Below are positions 35,101-46,513 of a stretch of 64,000 nt of DNA, one piece after another. The DNA comes from Antechinus flavipes (lineage: Eukaryota), in contig NC_067403.1 of the NCBI RefSeq assembly GCF_016432865.1, positions 255,440,001 through 255,504,000 of the forward strand. The letters are read 5' to 3'. Numbering within the stretch: the first letter of the stretch is position 1; the number at the start of each line of letters is the position of its first letter. Made by a program: the position numbers and the translations under genes. The notes under the pieces are model-generated. The model was not told where the DNA came from. It worked only from the letters and a program-made list of their open reading frames with translations, and made no database searches.

Positions 35101-38100
35101 TCCTCCGCCCTCCCCCTCGCTCACCTCTGTGTATTCGGGCTCAGCCGCCCCTTCAGGCCACAGACACTCCAGCACCTCCAGCTGCCCAAAGAGCAGGTCA
35201 GTGCTAAAAGCCCGGCCCCTGGCGCCGGCCCCTCCGCGCTGCTCCCAGCTCAGCTGCACCGCGGAACCCGTTAGCCTGCAAGATCCAAGGCTCAGCCCAC
35301 CGCCAACCCCAGGCGGGACCCCCAGCCCAGGCGGGACCGCCACAGCCGCCAGTACCTCACGTGGCTTCGGGGACAGGCCTTCTGGAAGCGGGGCCGGAGA
35401 TGGTGAAAGTCCCGGGACCCAAAGGGTCCCTCTTTGGCAGCGTCAAACTCGGCAAAGAAGCGGGCAGCGAGGTCGGGGGGACAGCCGGGGGGGGCCCCGG
35501 GGGGCTGCTGCAGGGCCGTCAGCGTCATCCCGCCCAGGGTCACTTTCAGCAGCGACTCTGGGCGCAGGCTCTCGGGGGGGATGGGGGCCGCTGCCTTGCC
35601 TGCAGGAAGAGGGTGGGACAGGGGGCAGGGGAGGAGGGGGGTGAGGGCCCGGTCCCCCTACTTCCCAGCAGGGCCGGGATCCTCCACCCTCCCCCTCACT
35701 CACCTCTGTGTATTCGGGCTCTGGGGGATCCCTGGTGTGCCGTCCCCCACCCCAAGTGTTCCCCTTTAACGCGATCGATCAAGAGCTCGCCCACAAACGC
35801 TCACTCGTTCAAAGCCCGGGAGGACAACAGGCAGCCGCATGGACGGAGCGGCGGGTCAGGGTGGCGTTCAGACTCGGGGAGACCCTTCCGTACTCTCCCC
35901 CCACACCCCTCGGGTAACTCCTGCCCTAGAGCTGGTCCTTCGGGACCGCCCCCAGCCCGCTGGGCCAAGGCCCCGCGCCCCCTTCCGTTAGGGGAGAGGG
36001 AAGGGGGGAGGCCCAGTTCCCTCCCTCACCAGGCAGGCGGCTGAGACCGTGGAGGGCAGGGTGGGTGTGGGGGCGCCGGGGGGTCCCTTCGCTGTGCAGG
36101 GACGAGCCCAGGTCCACATCGGAGAGGGAAATCTCGGAGACAGAGCGCGCGGACGTCACGCTGCTAGTCAGAGCGGCCATGGAGAAGAAGAGATCTGGGC
36201 GGGGGGAGAGGGGGCGGGCGGCTCAGAGGGGGGTCCCGGGCTCCCCCGCCCCGGCCAGCGCAGGCTCCCGGCCCGTACCTGTGCTGTCCATGCCCACCAG
36301 AGGGTCCGAGGAGAGCGTCGGGCCGCCCCCCTGGAGCTGCTGGCTCAGGTCCTGCTCGATAAGCCGCAAGTCCTCGGCCCTGAGGGGGCGGTTCTTGTTC
36401 GCCTTCTCCGACAGCCCCTCCGTGTCTGGGGGGGCACAGGAGAGACGCCTCAGGCTCCCGCCCACGGGCGGCCCGGGCCCCCCTCCCCGGCTTGGGCTGG
36501 GGGCTCACCTGCTAGGCTCAGGGCACTGAGGAGGTCCTGCAGCTGCAGGAGATGCTGCGGGGCCAGGAGCAAGTGCAGGCAGCCTAGCTGCCCCGACACC
36601 TCCATCTGCCGAGGGCGGGCGAGAGCCTGGTTAGTGGTGGGCGCCGGGCGTTCCGGTGAAGGAGGGAGGGGCCCCATTCTGTGGAGGCCCAGCCCTGCCC
36701 GGGCACCAGGACACCCTCAGCTGTCCCGCTTCCTCCTTCCCTCCCCCCCGCGCCCCCCCAAGCGGCCCCTCTCCCCCAGGGCAGCCCCAGCTCCCTACCC
36801 TGGGCCCAGGAAAGGCCTCGTTCTGCTTCAGTTTTACGGTCAGCTCCATGTACCCGGAGCAGCTGCCAATCTGCAAGGGGGGGCTGGGGGACTCTTCCTG
36901 GAGGGAGAGGGCAGAGGTCAGAGGTCAGAGGGGAGGGACCCCTCCGGCCTTGGTGCTTCTGTCGCCTCCCCTCTCCACCTGGGGCCCATCCCCCCTCCAG
37001 AGCTCGCTCCCACCTGAGGGGGACACTCTTCATAGTGAAGCTTGACGCCCGAGAGCTGCAGCAGCTTGTGCAGGAAGGCGGGGGGCTGGTGCACGTCCAC
37101 GGGGGGAGCCTGGCTCGGGTCCCGCACGGCCTCATCACAGTATTCCAGTCTGGGGGGACGAGGGCGGCCCAGGTCAGGAGGGGACAAGTACCCGGGGGGC
37201 GCCGACGGAGAAGCAGACGGGACCCCGGCCCCGGGGCCCCCGTCCCCACGGGGAAAGGAAAGGGAGGGCGCCCCGAGCCGGGCAGAGCAGGGGCAGGGAC
37301 GGGCGGCAAAGGTGGGGAGGGGGCCCAAGGAGTGAGCTCGGAAAGGAGCTGGGGGCAGGTCAGCTTCCGGTCCCTCCCGGGCCCTGCCCACCTCTGAATG
37401 TGGATCTCCACCGCCATGCTGCTGTCTCCGCCACCTGGCGCGTGCTCCACCCGCACAATGGTGTCCAGGAAGGTCACCTTGATCCTCCGAAGCACTGGGG
37501 GGCGGGAGAGGCCGGGGTCAGGCCCACGCAGGCTCCCGGGCTCCCAGGAGCTGGGACGGGGAGGGGGGCGGGGGGCCGAGCCGGACCCGGGGCTCACCTG
37601 TCTCGATGGTCTGGCGAACATCTCCAGGCCCTCCAGGGGCTGGGGGGGCTCGGAGGGCTCGGGGGGGCCCTCGCGAAGGCACTCCTGAGCTAGCTGCAGG
37701 CTGGTGGTCATGCAGGACGTCCAGCTCTGGGATTCTGCCGTCCCAGGCACTGCGGGAAGCGGGCGTCAGGACCGAGACCCCCCAGAACCCCCAGCCCCCG
37801 GCCCGCCGCCCCGGCCTCACCTTGCCCGCTCCGCGGCCGCAGAGTGAGCTGCAGGCCGGACACCTGCATGGTGCAGTGGTCGGTGAGGAGGGCGGCCCAG
37901 GGCACCGCCACCTCGATGGAGCCCACGAAGCCATCGACCAGCTCCAGGGGCGATTCCACCGACTCCAGCAGCTCGTTCACAGACTAGGAAAAAGGGGCGC
38001 CGGGGCCAAGGCAGAGTGAGGGCCGCGGGACGTGGCCCCCTCCCTCCCGCGGAGCCGGCCCCGCTCCCAGTCTCGCCGGCAAAGACGCTTCCTGGCTGTG

Positions 38101-40040
38101 GCCCCGGACGAGGCGCTTCGCTTTGCCTCAGTTTACTCATCTGCAAAATGAGCTGGAGAAGGAAGCGGCCAGCCCCGACCGGGCCAGGGACAAGGGCTCC
38201 CCAACCTGGGGCTCATCGCTCCCACTTAACAAAGGAGGGAACTGAGGCCCAAAGCCCGGGGCTGCTCCCCCCGGACCACTCCCTGCTCTCTGACCACCTC
38301 GGAGGCCTGAGGGACACAGCCCCCAACCAAGGACAACTCTGTGGCCTGAGGGGTTCTGACCCTCCTTCCCTCCCCTGGAGGGCGGGTCCATGTCAATCCC
38401 CTCACCCCACAAAGTGGAGGCGATTTCTGACCTGGAAACCCAGAGGAAGGGACCCCAGAGTGAGGGTCCTGGGGGGCCCCAGCCCTTGTTTTCGGGCTCT
38501 GGGGGAGGGGAAGAGCTGTAGTCCACTGACCTAAGGTCCCAGACTGCCCAATCACAGGGGAGGGGCGGGCATGAGACCAGCCCAGCTGCTGAGGTCACAG
38601 GTCAGATGCCGAAGGCTCCCCTTCGGAAGCAGCAGGCGGCCTGCCCGGCCCCCTCAGTCTGCGGCTCATCTCTCAGGGAGCCCCCATAAATCTGAGGGTC
38701 CTCTTCCTTCAGCCCCAGGGTCTGCTCAGTTTCTCTGACCTCTTTCCGGAGGAAAAGCCTCCCATGATCCCTCAGGGTGCCCCTTCTACCCCCCCTGCCC
38801 CCTTAGCCCAACCTACGTCCCCATACCCTGCCGGGGAGCCCCTCTGACCCAGGGTAGCCCCGAAATCAAAGCTTCCTAGGGCTCGGGGCCCGGGGCTTTG
38901 GCCGGGGGCGGCAGCCTTGGTCGGGGCGGGGAAGAGCGGCAGCTTCGGAGTCCGAAGCCTGTAATTTGTAGTTCCTTCTGGGGTCAGCTGAGCTATGAAT
39001 CACGGTCCAGCACCTAAGCCCCGTCCCTGCCCCACCCCCAACACTCCCCCCCAGCTGAGGGGTCCTGGTCCCCCCGCCCCTCCCTCGGATCCTGCTCCCC
39101 CCGGGGGTTCTTCCCCAGTAAGAGGCCCCTGCCCCTGCCGGAAGTGACAACTGTTGCCAAACAGTCCCAAGGCATGTTGATCAACAAGAGCCTGACGTGA
39201 GCTGTTGTTGACATCAGGGACGCCAGGACGGGGGTGGCCCCTCCTCCGGGCCCTTGGGGGAAAGGGGTTGCCCAGACCCCCCTAAGCCCCGTGGGGGATG
39301 GGGTCTGAAGGCCCCTTCCCAGCTTCCTGCCCTTCCTCCTCCCGGCCTGGGACCCAAGCCCCCAATTCTAATGGAGGGGAAAAGTTGGACGGGGAGGGTC
39401 TGCCTTCTCCAGCCCCAAGACCTTCTCCTTCACCCTTTAATGGGGGGGCAGACTTCCTCCTCTGGGCTGGGGGCTGCCTCCCCCAGGCTGGCCCCCCGGG
39501 ACAAGACCCTTCTCTCCAGAATTCTAATGGGGAGGGGGCGTCTGATTTCAGCGTCTGCCCTCCTCCTTGGCCGAGTGTTTCCCCTTCCTCCTCCAGTCCC
39601 GAGCCCCTTCCCCGTCATTTAACTGGGGGGGAGGGGGGTGTTTCTGCCCCGGGTGAAGGCTGTCCTTCCCCAGCCGGCCCTTTGCCTCTCGAGACTGGCT
39701 GGGGCCCGGGGAGGGTGGGGGAGTCTGGGCCGCGGCTCCGCGGACTCTGTCGGGGCCTCGTTTTGCCCCATCCGTGCAATGGGAGCCCTGCTGGGGCCCG
39801 GCCGCCTGGCACTCCGGCGTCCCGGCTCCCCGCCCCTCGGGTCCCCCGGTCCCGACCCCGGCCGCTCACCCATACGTCCAGGTGGATGTCCCGCAGCCCG
39901 CCGCTGCCCTGGTACAGGTCCAGGCTGAGCTGCTCCAAGCTCAGCCGCTCCTGCAGGAAGTGGCCCAGATAGTGCTGCAGCAGGTAGCGGCAGGCCCGTT
40001 TCTTCATGCAGCTCGACCACGGCCACAGCCAGCGCGACAT
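18474..40040 (-). CDS. ATG2A: Autophagy-related protein 2A (lipid-transfer protein); 41 coding exons, ~1946 aa after correcting two 1-nt deletions
   Basis: Starts MSRWLWPWSSCMKKRACRYLLQHYLGHFLQERLSLEQLSLDLY, contains the LIR SDEFCIL, and ends DHALKWRSEEPQD*. Exons (GT-AG; phases consistent except the two noted): 39870-40040, 37821-37983, 37598-37749 (1 nt short), 37392-37494, 37014-37149, 36799-36897, 36509-36605, 36279-36425, 36030-36194, 35356-35599, 35125-35275, 34933-35025, 34669-34824, 33464-33706 (1 nt short), 33266-33362, 32981-33143, 30395-30537, 30170-30315, 29891-30051, 29233-29383, 28956-29155, 28777-28857, 28596-28702, 28425-28517, 27447-27517, 27073-27149, 26422-26592, 26022-26148, 25696-25925, 25397-25605, 24450-24585, 23823-24020, 23234-23335, 22928-23012, 20655-20802, 20472-20544, 20034-20116, 19689-19810, 19325-19479, 18815-18967, 18474-18710. 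Confidence 0.96.
21455..22470. repeat. 41-bp VNTR, ~23 copies (ACAACTATCACAGCGCTTGTCCTCACGGGTAGGACGTACAT), in ATG2A intron 34
   Basis: The period was measured directly (CACAG at 21801 and 21842). Confidence 0.95.
23064..23205. repeat. (CA)n microsatellite and degenerate extension
   Basis: Directly visible. Confidence 0.9.
31260..32690 (+). mobile_element. Degenerate L2 LINE fragment with an internal minisatellite (31845-32160), in ATG2A intron 16
   Basis: L2-like blocks (CTCCCATTGATTCAATGACCAC, CTATTCAGCCACAAAAGGGATTTTCTTAAA) ending in the L2 tail CATAGTAGGTGCTTAATAAATGCT. Confidence 0.7.
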
Positions 40041-40450
40041 GGCCGGATCCGCCCGCCCGCGCTCGCCGCCGGCCGCGCCGCTCACTCGAGCCCCCGGCTC
40101 GGCCCGCCGCTCAACCCGGCGCCAGGCCACACCCCGCCTCGCTGCCATTGGTCGGCCCGGAGAGCGAGACTCGTTGATTGGTCGTATGGGCGGGGCGCCG
40201 GAAAGAGCCCCAGTTTTTCGCGGAGCGACATAGGTCTCGTGATGACGATCTGCGCCTGCGCGTTGCCCTCGGTCTTAGATGTCTTGAACTTTCCGAATGG
40301 GGCAAACAAGGTCGCGTGACGGCTGAGTCCGAGAAATAAGTCCCGAGGCGCAATGCGCATGTGCATTTCCGCCCCACCTCCCAGCTTCGGGCTCATGAAT
40401 TAAAGGGACAGTGTCCAATCAGCTACCCCTCTGGAGCTAAAAGGCATCGT
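39600..40450 (-). promoter_or_regulatory. ATG2A: ATG2A CpG-island promoter
   Basis: CpG-rich. Two minus-strand CCAAT boxes (40147-40151, 40177-40181), a GC box (40188-40195), and an NRF1-like TGCGCATGTGCA (40354-40365). Confidence 0.8.
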
Positions 40451-41300
40451 AGCCCAGCTTCGTATCCAACCCTCACTTTTTTACAGATGGGGAAACTGAG
40501 GCTCGGGGCGAGAGGAAAGGAAGGTCTTTGTCACGGTCACTGGAGTAATAAGAGGCAGACCTGGGACTTGAGCCTGGTCCCGCCCCCTCCCACCCAAGGT
40601 TTTGGGGACCAGCTGGGGGGGGGGGAGGAGACCCTCCTGGGCAATAGGTGGCCACGTGGGGGAGGCGGAGCATTGAACGCCAGGCAAACTTCTGGGGGCT
40701 GGAGGGAGGGCAGGGCAGGGCTAGCCCTGAGATAAGACTCCGAAGGGGCCCCTCCCTGCAGCGCCCCCCCTGCTGTGGGGGGCTTGGCCCCGGGGCAGGG
40801 TCCCCAGGAGCTTCCGGGTGGGAGGAGGGGGAGCGGGCCCCAGGCCCCGCCTCCTCGGGTCCCCACTCCAGCCTTGGGAGCTGGCGCCGTCACCATCCCC
40901 CCCTGAGGAAACTGAGGCACCAAGAGAAGGGACTGGGCAGGGCCCCTGAGGCAGGGTGTGGGCTGGGGCGGGGCCAGGGCAGAAAGGGTCTGGGGGCGCC
41001 CAGAGCCGGGGTTTGGGACCGGGACCATGATTCCCAAACAGGAGCCAGGTCGGGAAGCGGCTCTTCCCAGGGAGCTTTGCATCTGCCCGGAAACGGACAA
41101 CCATCAGGTGTGACTGGCTTTCCCTGGGACCCTCAGTTTTGTGTCGCGCGTGATTCTGAGAAGGACTTTCCTGCCTAAATGCCTCTGCCCACCGGGAGCA
41201 GCCCCTTGTCCCCCTACCGCAGATGGGGAAACTGAGGCCCAGATCGGGGTCAGGGAGCGGGGTCCCCACCAGGCCAGGCAGGAGCGCCGTTCACTAGGTG

Positions 41301-41306
41301 TTTATT
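41301..41306 (-). terminator. Likely polyadenylation signal of the SLC22-like gene
   Basis: TTTATT on the + strand, ~640 nt past the predicted stop and before the ATG2A promoter. Confidence 0.55.
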
Positions 41307-41671
41307 GGGTGAAACAACAGTGGGGCTTTGGGGGGAGCCTGGAGACCCATCTGGGAGGAGCCGCAGAGGGCCTTCCCCCCTCCCTGCCCCAGCCTCCGCC
41401 CAGCGCAGGGAGCAGTGTCTGAGGGCCGGAGCCTCCCGCAGGTGCGGCCGGGCCCAGAACGAGGGCGGTGCCGGCGAACACCTGTTCTGGGTCACGGCCT
41501 GTAACTAGGACAGAGTGAGGGAGTGAAGGAAGCAGGAAATGGTGCCGGAGGCCGGGGGCGCCTGCTCTTACTCAGGCTGGTCCCGGCTGGGAAAACTCCG
41601 GCTGGGAACCGCTGGGAGCGGGCAAGGGCCCGGGACGGAGCCGGTCTGAGGTGAGAGGGGAAGGGCCCGGC

Positions 41672-41975
41672 AGCTCCGGAACTCGGGTCTGGCGGCTCCA
41701 GAACTCAGGCCCGGCAGCTCCAGAACTCGGGTCTGGCGGCTCCAGAACTCAGGCCCAGCAGCTCCAGAACTCAGGCCCAGCAGCTCCAGAACTCGGGTCC
41801 AGCGGCTCCAGAACTCAGGCCCGGCAGCTCCAGAACTCGGGTCTGGCGGCTCCAGAACTCAGGCCCGGCAGCTCTGGAACTCGGGCCTGGCAGGTCCAGA
41901 ACTCAGGCCCAGCAGCTCCAGAACTCGGGCCCGGCAGGTCCAGAACTCAGGCCCGGCGGCTTCGGAACTCGGGTC
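41672..41975. repeat. 21-bp VNTR, ~14 copies (CAGCTCCAGAACTCAGGCCCG-type)
   Basis: Directly visible. It lies in the 3' UTR of the SLC22-like gene and overlaps the predicted stop. Confidence 0.9.
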
Positions 41976-44900
41976 TCCTGCTTCTGCCGCGCCGGAGCCT
42001 CTGTCCTCCCCTGCGCTGCGCTGGGGCCATCTCTTCGCAGGGACTAGAGCTTGGTCTGGAGGGGCTGGGCCCCCCGCCGTGGTTTCCTCAGCAGTCTGCT
42101 CCAGCATCTCCGGACCCTGGGGATGGGAGGGAAGTTGCCCCTTTTGGGGGCTCGGCCCCCCTTTGCCCCCAAGGGAGCTCTGGAGGCCTGGCCAGGAGAG
42201 GGTGAGCCCTGGGGGGGGGTGACTATACCCGGGCCAGAGACACCCCTGCGGAGGCCTGGAAGGGCCAAGGGAAGGAGGGCTGGGGGTCACCTACTGGCTC
42301 TGCGCTTGTTCCAAGGTGTCGGGCAAGGGCGCGCCCCTCGTCTCGGGCAGGAAGAGGACCAGGCAGCTGGTGGCCAGGACGCTGGCCCCGAAGAACACGG
42401 GCGGCAGGAGGGGGAGCGTGGGGCCGGCCAGCAGGACCAGGGGGGCCGTCACCCCGCCCAGGTGGCCCACCATGTTAGTGACGCCCATGCCAGTCATCCT
42501 GCGGAGCCGGGGGAAGGGCCGGGATTGAGAGCACAAAGACCCTCTCTCGGGGAGAAAGGGCCTCATCGGGGCCCCAGAGCTCGGAGCCCCAGAGCCCCAC
42601 AGAGCTCACTGCTCATCCAGTCGGTGCTCGGGAAACGTTTGCTCAGCAGCCTTCGAAGGGGCCCGGGCCAGGGGGGAGGGGGACAGGGGGGGCGCGGGGG
42701 ACTCACCGGAGGGAGGTCGGGAAGACTTCAGAGGCCACGAGGACAATGCAGCTGAGGGAGGCTGACATGAGCCCCTTGGACAGCACTGCCAGCCCCATGT
42801 GGAGGCGGCCCAGCTCTGCGGGCACAAGGGGTGGAGACCGCGTCAGCCAGGCCTGGGGGATGGGGAGCCGGGGGGGGATGGGGAGCTAGGGGGGATGGGG
42901 AGCCGGGGGGGGATGGGGAGCTGGGGCAGATGGGGAGCCGGGGGGGGGAAATGGGGAGCTGGGGGGGATGGGAAAGGCGAGCCCCTCGGGCCAAGCAAGG
43001 TCAGAGCCGGGAGGGTGAGAACCTGGACCGTGTGAGCCCGGAGAAGCCCTTGGAGCACTAAGGGACCTCCTGGGAGAGACTGAGAGCCTCAGGTGGCCCA
43101 AGGAGGCTCCCGTCCGGTCTAAATGGGACTAGCGGCCACCGCCTTCCTCCTCCCGGGCCCGGGATCCTCCCCAAAGCTCTTCCCACCAAAGCCGCCCCGA
43201 GTCCGTGTCTCGGCTCCCGCGCCCCTCAGAGGGGAAGGCTGAGTTGAGGGTTGAGGTCGGCCTTCCATCGCCCCCCACCTCTGCAGGGGGTCTGGCCGGG
43301 ACCCACCCGCTGGCACTGGGATGGCCCCCAGGAGGAGCCCCCCTCCGAGCAACGTGCAGGAGGCCAGGGTGAGCCTGCGTCCCAGGCAGTCGGCCAGCTT
43401 GGGCACCAGGAGGCGAAAGGGGAGATCTACGATCCCCAGGACGACCTGAACCAGGTACGGATCTTCGCCCGGGAAACGCTGGATGTCCAGGGCCAGAGAA
43501 AAGAAGGCCAGGCTGGCCGAGAACCTGGGACGGGAAGGCGGGGGTCACCCAAAGACCCCTCCCCACTCCCTCCCAGGGCGCCTCCCCTGGAAAAGGCCGC
43601 CGGTCCGGCGCCGGTCTGGACATGGCCGTCACTGCTCGGACCTCTTCTTCCCCGGCGATGGCGCGAGCCAGACTGGGGGCTCCAGGTCCCCCCGGGTCAG
43701 ACGTGCCCAGGTTGCCCTGCTGACCTTCTGTGTTCTACGTTCCACGGTCCCTCCCCCCTTCATGTTCCATGTTCTAGGTTCCACGGTCCCTTCTCCCTCT
43801 GAATTCTCGGTTCTGAAGCCCCTCCCACGCCCGGCGCGCCACGGTCTCTGTTCCGCGGTCACGGCCGTGTTATGCTCTAAGTTCTCCCCTAGCTCTGCCC
43901 TTGGGAGCCCCGAGGTTCTCTGCGCTTCTCCCATTCTGTGACCCACGAAGAGCAACACGACAAAGCTGCGGCCCTGAGGCCCCTTTAAGGAGCAGCAGCT
44001 GCTCAGTCAGCGGGAGCCCCTTCCAAAGGCTCGGCCGCCCGGACTTGGGTCCAGAGAAGCTGTCCCCGGGCCCGGCAGGAGGGGCTTTTCTCCCCCAGCT
44101 CCAGGCCTCCCCCTTGCCCCAGAGGCCTGGCTGTTGGGGTTCCGGGGACCTGCCAGGAGACCCAGCCCCCCCCTCGCCCTCGGCAGATGAAGCTGAGGCC
44201 CAGAGGGGTGACCCACCACCCGGGTGGTCTTGGGCGGGTCATTGCTCCTCTAGGCCTCAGTTTTCCCCATCTGTAAAACGAGAGGGTTGGGCGCAGTGAC
44301 TGGCTCTAGAACTAAGATGCTGGGAAGGACCTGGCCTCCCCTCCCCCCGCCCTTCCTTCCATCTTTGCCCCCCACGTTCCTGCTTCCCCGGCTCGCTCAC
44401 CAAATGCCCATGATACAAGCCAGCAGGGCCAGCATCTCCCGGGTCCGGAACAGGTCCAGGGTGGCGGCCCCTGGGGCTCCTGCAGCCTCCTCCTGAGAGT
44501 AGTCGGATTCCAGCATCTGTGGGCAAGAGAAAAGCCTCCGGGGGTGGGTGGGGGTGCCTGGAGAGGGTGATGGGCAGCCCCCCAGCAACCAGCCCCCCCC
44601 CGCTCTCCCCCCCTCCCCCCTAGGGAGAGCTACCCCCCCCCCGCTCTCCCCCCCTCCCCCCCAGGGAGAGCTGTTCCCCCCCCCCCCGCTGGCCCCTCCC
44701 CCCCAGGAGAGCTGCCCCCCGCCCCTGCCTTCCCCCCCTCACCTCCAGGGAGAGCTGGGCCCCCGCGGCCGGGACCCCGTTGATCCGCGACACCAGCTTC
44801 AGGGAGCGCAGGGCCTCTGCGAGGCGGCCCCTCACCGCCAGCCACCGGACGGACTCTGGGAGCCACCTGCGGAGCGGGACAGGGTGGGCGGCAGCCGGCC

Positions 44901-46482
44901 AGGCCTCCCCCGCCCCCCCCACGGCGAGGCCCCGGGTGCTCACCAGCCGCAGAGGAAGCAGAGGGCGAAGGGGGCCCCGGCGGCCAGCTGCAGGTGCCTC
45001 CAGCGCCGGAGGCCGAAGGCCAGAAGGGCCAGGTTGAGCTGCCCCAGACTGAGCACGAAGGAGAGGAGGCCGGACACGGCTGCGCGGCGGGAGGGCGGCG
45101 TCCACTCCAGAACTGGGGAGAGAGGCCCGGCTCACGCCCGGCAGGGGCGCTTTCGGGCCTGGTGATGGGCGAGGGCCGCCGGGAAGCCCGAGGTGGCAGC
45201 GGGGCGTGATCGGGCGCAGGGGCGGCGGAGCCGGGAGGGTCCCGGGGCAGCGTGGGGGGCAGTCTGGCCCCAGGGCGGGCGGGGGGTCACCTGCCCCTCA
45301 GGGAGCACCCCCCTCCCCCGGCCCCCTCCCCCGCACTCACCCAGGCCCAGGCCGTTGAGCACCAGGCCGGACATGCCGGAGCCGCAGAAGCAGCGGCACA
45401 CACAGTACACAGAGAAGGAGGGGGCCAGGGCTGCCCCCGTGCTCAGGGAAGCCACCTGGAGGAGGCACCAGAGGAAGACAGTCCGGCGGCCCAGCCTGGG
45501 GGGCGGGGCCGGGGTCAGGGCAGCCTGGGCTGGCCCGGCCCCACAGGCCCCCGAGCGGGGGAGACACCCCCAGGAAAGGGCCTCGGCCGCCCCATCTCGG
45601 GGACCCCCGACCCCCCTCCGGCTCCGGCTGCCCCGACGCTCACCTGTCCGCCAGCCCCCCGAACACGACGGCCCCCAGGAACACCCCCGCCATGTAAACC
45701 GACTGGGCCACCCTGGGGAGGCTTTTCAGGCTGCAGACCAGGTCCCACTGTGGGGGAGAGGGAGCAGAGCGAGGGGGGCTCAGGCGTGAGCCCGTGGAGG
45801 CTTGCCTCAGTTTCCCCCCTGCGTCTCCGGGGCCATTGCGGGGGCGTGGCACTAGTCACCTGCCTGGCAAAGCAGCGGGGGGGGGGGCAGAGTCTGGGGG
45901 AGGGGAGGGAAGAAGAGGAGGACCAGGCGGCCGAACCCTCCCCCTCTGCATCCAGGCGCCAACCTCCCCGGTCTCCCTTCACTTCTCACCTGGCAGTTTG
46001 CCTCCCTCCAAGACACTTGGAAGGAAACGCTCCTCCATCACCCCCCCCTTCCTTGGCCCCTTAGCGCCCCAGACCGGAAGCTTCAGCGGGGCCCCCAGCA
46101 CCGCAGGGGCTGCATAAGTGTCTAGGACGGGGCATTTATTAAGCACTTACTCTGTGCAAACGCCCCTCAGCTCTCGGCTTTTGCACCGTTTCCCCCCAAG
46201 CCTTTGCCCTGCCTCTCCCTTTACCGTCCGAGTAATTTGTTTTCTTCAGGAAATACGGCCCAAGAAGCAGCTTGCACAGGAACCCCCCCCCCCCCAGCTG
46301 CTGGTCCTCACCCCCCCCCTTACCTTCACACACACACACACACTCACACACACTCACACACACTGTGAGACACACACTGACACACATACACACTTACACA
46401 CACAGTGACACACACACACACACACACTCACACACACTCACACACACTGTGAGACACACACTGACACACATACACACTTACA

Positions 46483-46513
<31 letters not shown>

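Noticed and set aside
18474-40040. Mirtrons in short G-rich/C-rich ATG2A introns (human has annotated intronic miRNAs in this gene)
   Set aside because: Several introns have G-rich 5' and C-rich 3' ends, but I cannot fold them reliably by hand and found no known mature sequence. RNA folding plus small-RNA reads would be needed.
39615-40148. N-terminally extended ATG2A from the upstream GTG/ATG-like start of the listed ORF
   Set aside because: The conserved start MSRWLWPW at 40040 has good context (GCCATGT), and the extension lies in GC-rich promoter or 5' UTR sequence with no support.
41651-42205. ORF with LQNSGPAAPELG repeats
   Set aside because: It is a translation of the 21-bp VNTR, antisense to the SLC22 3' end.
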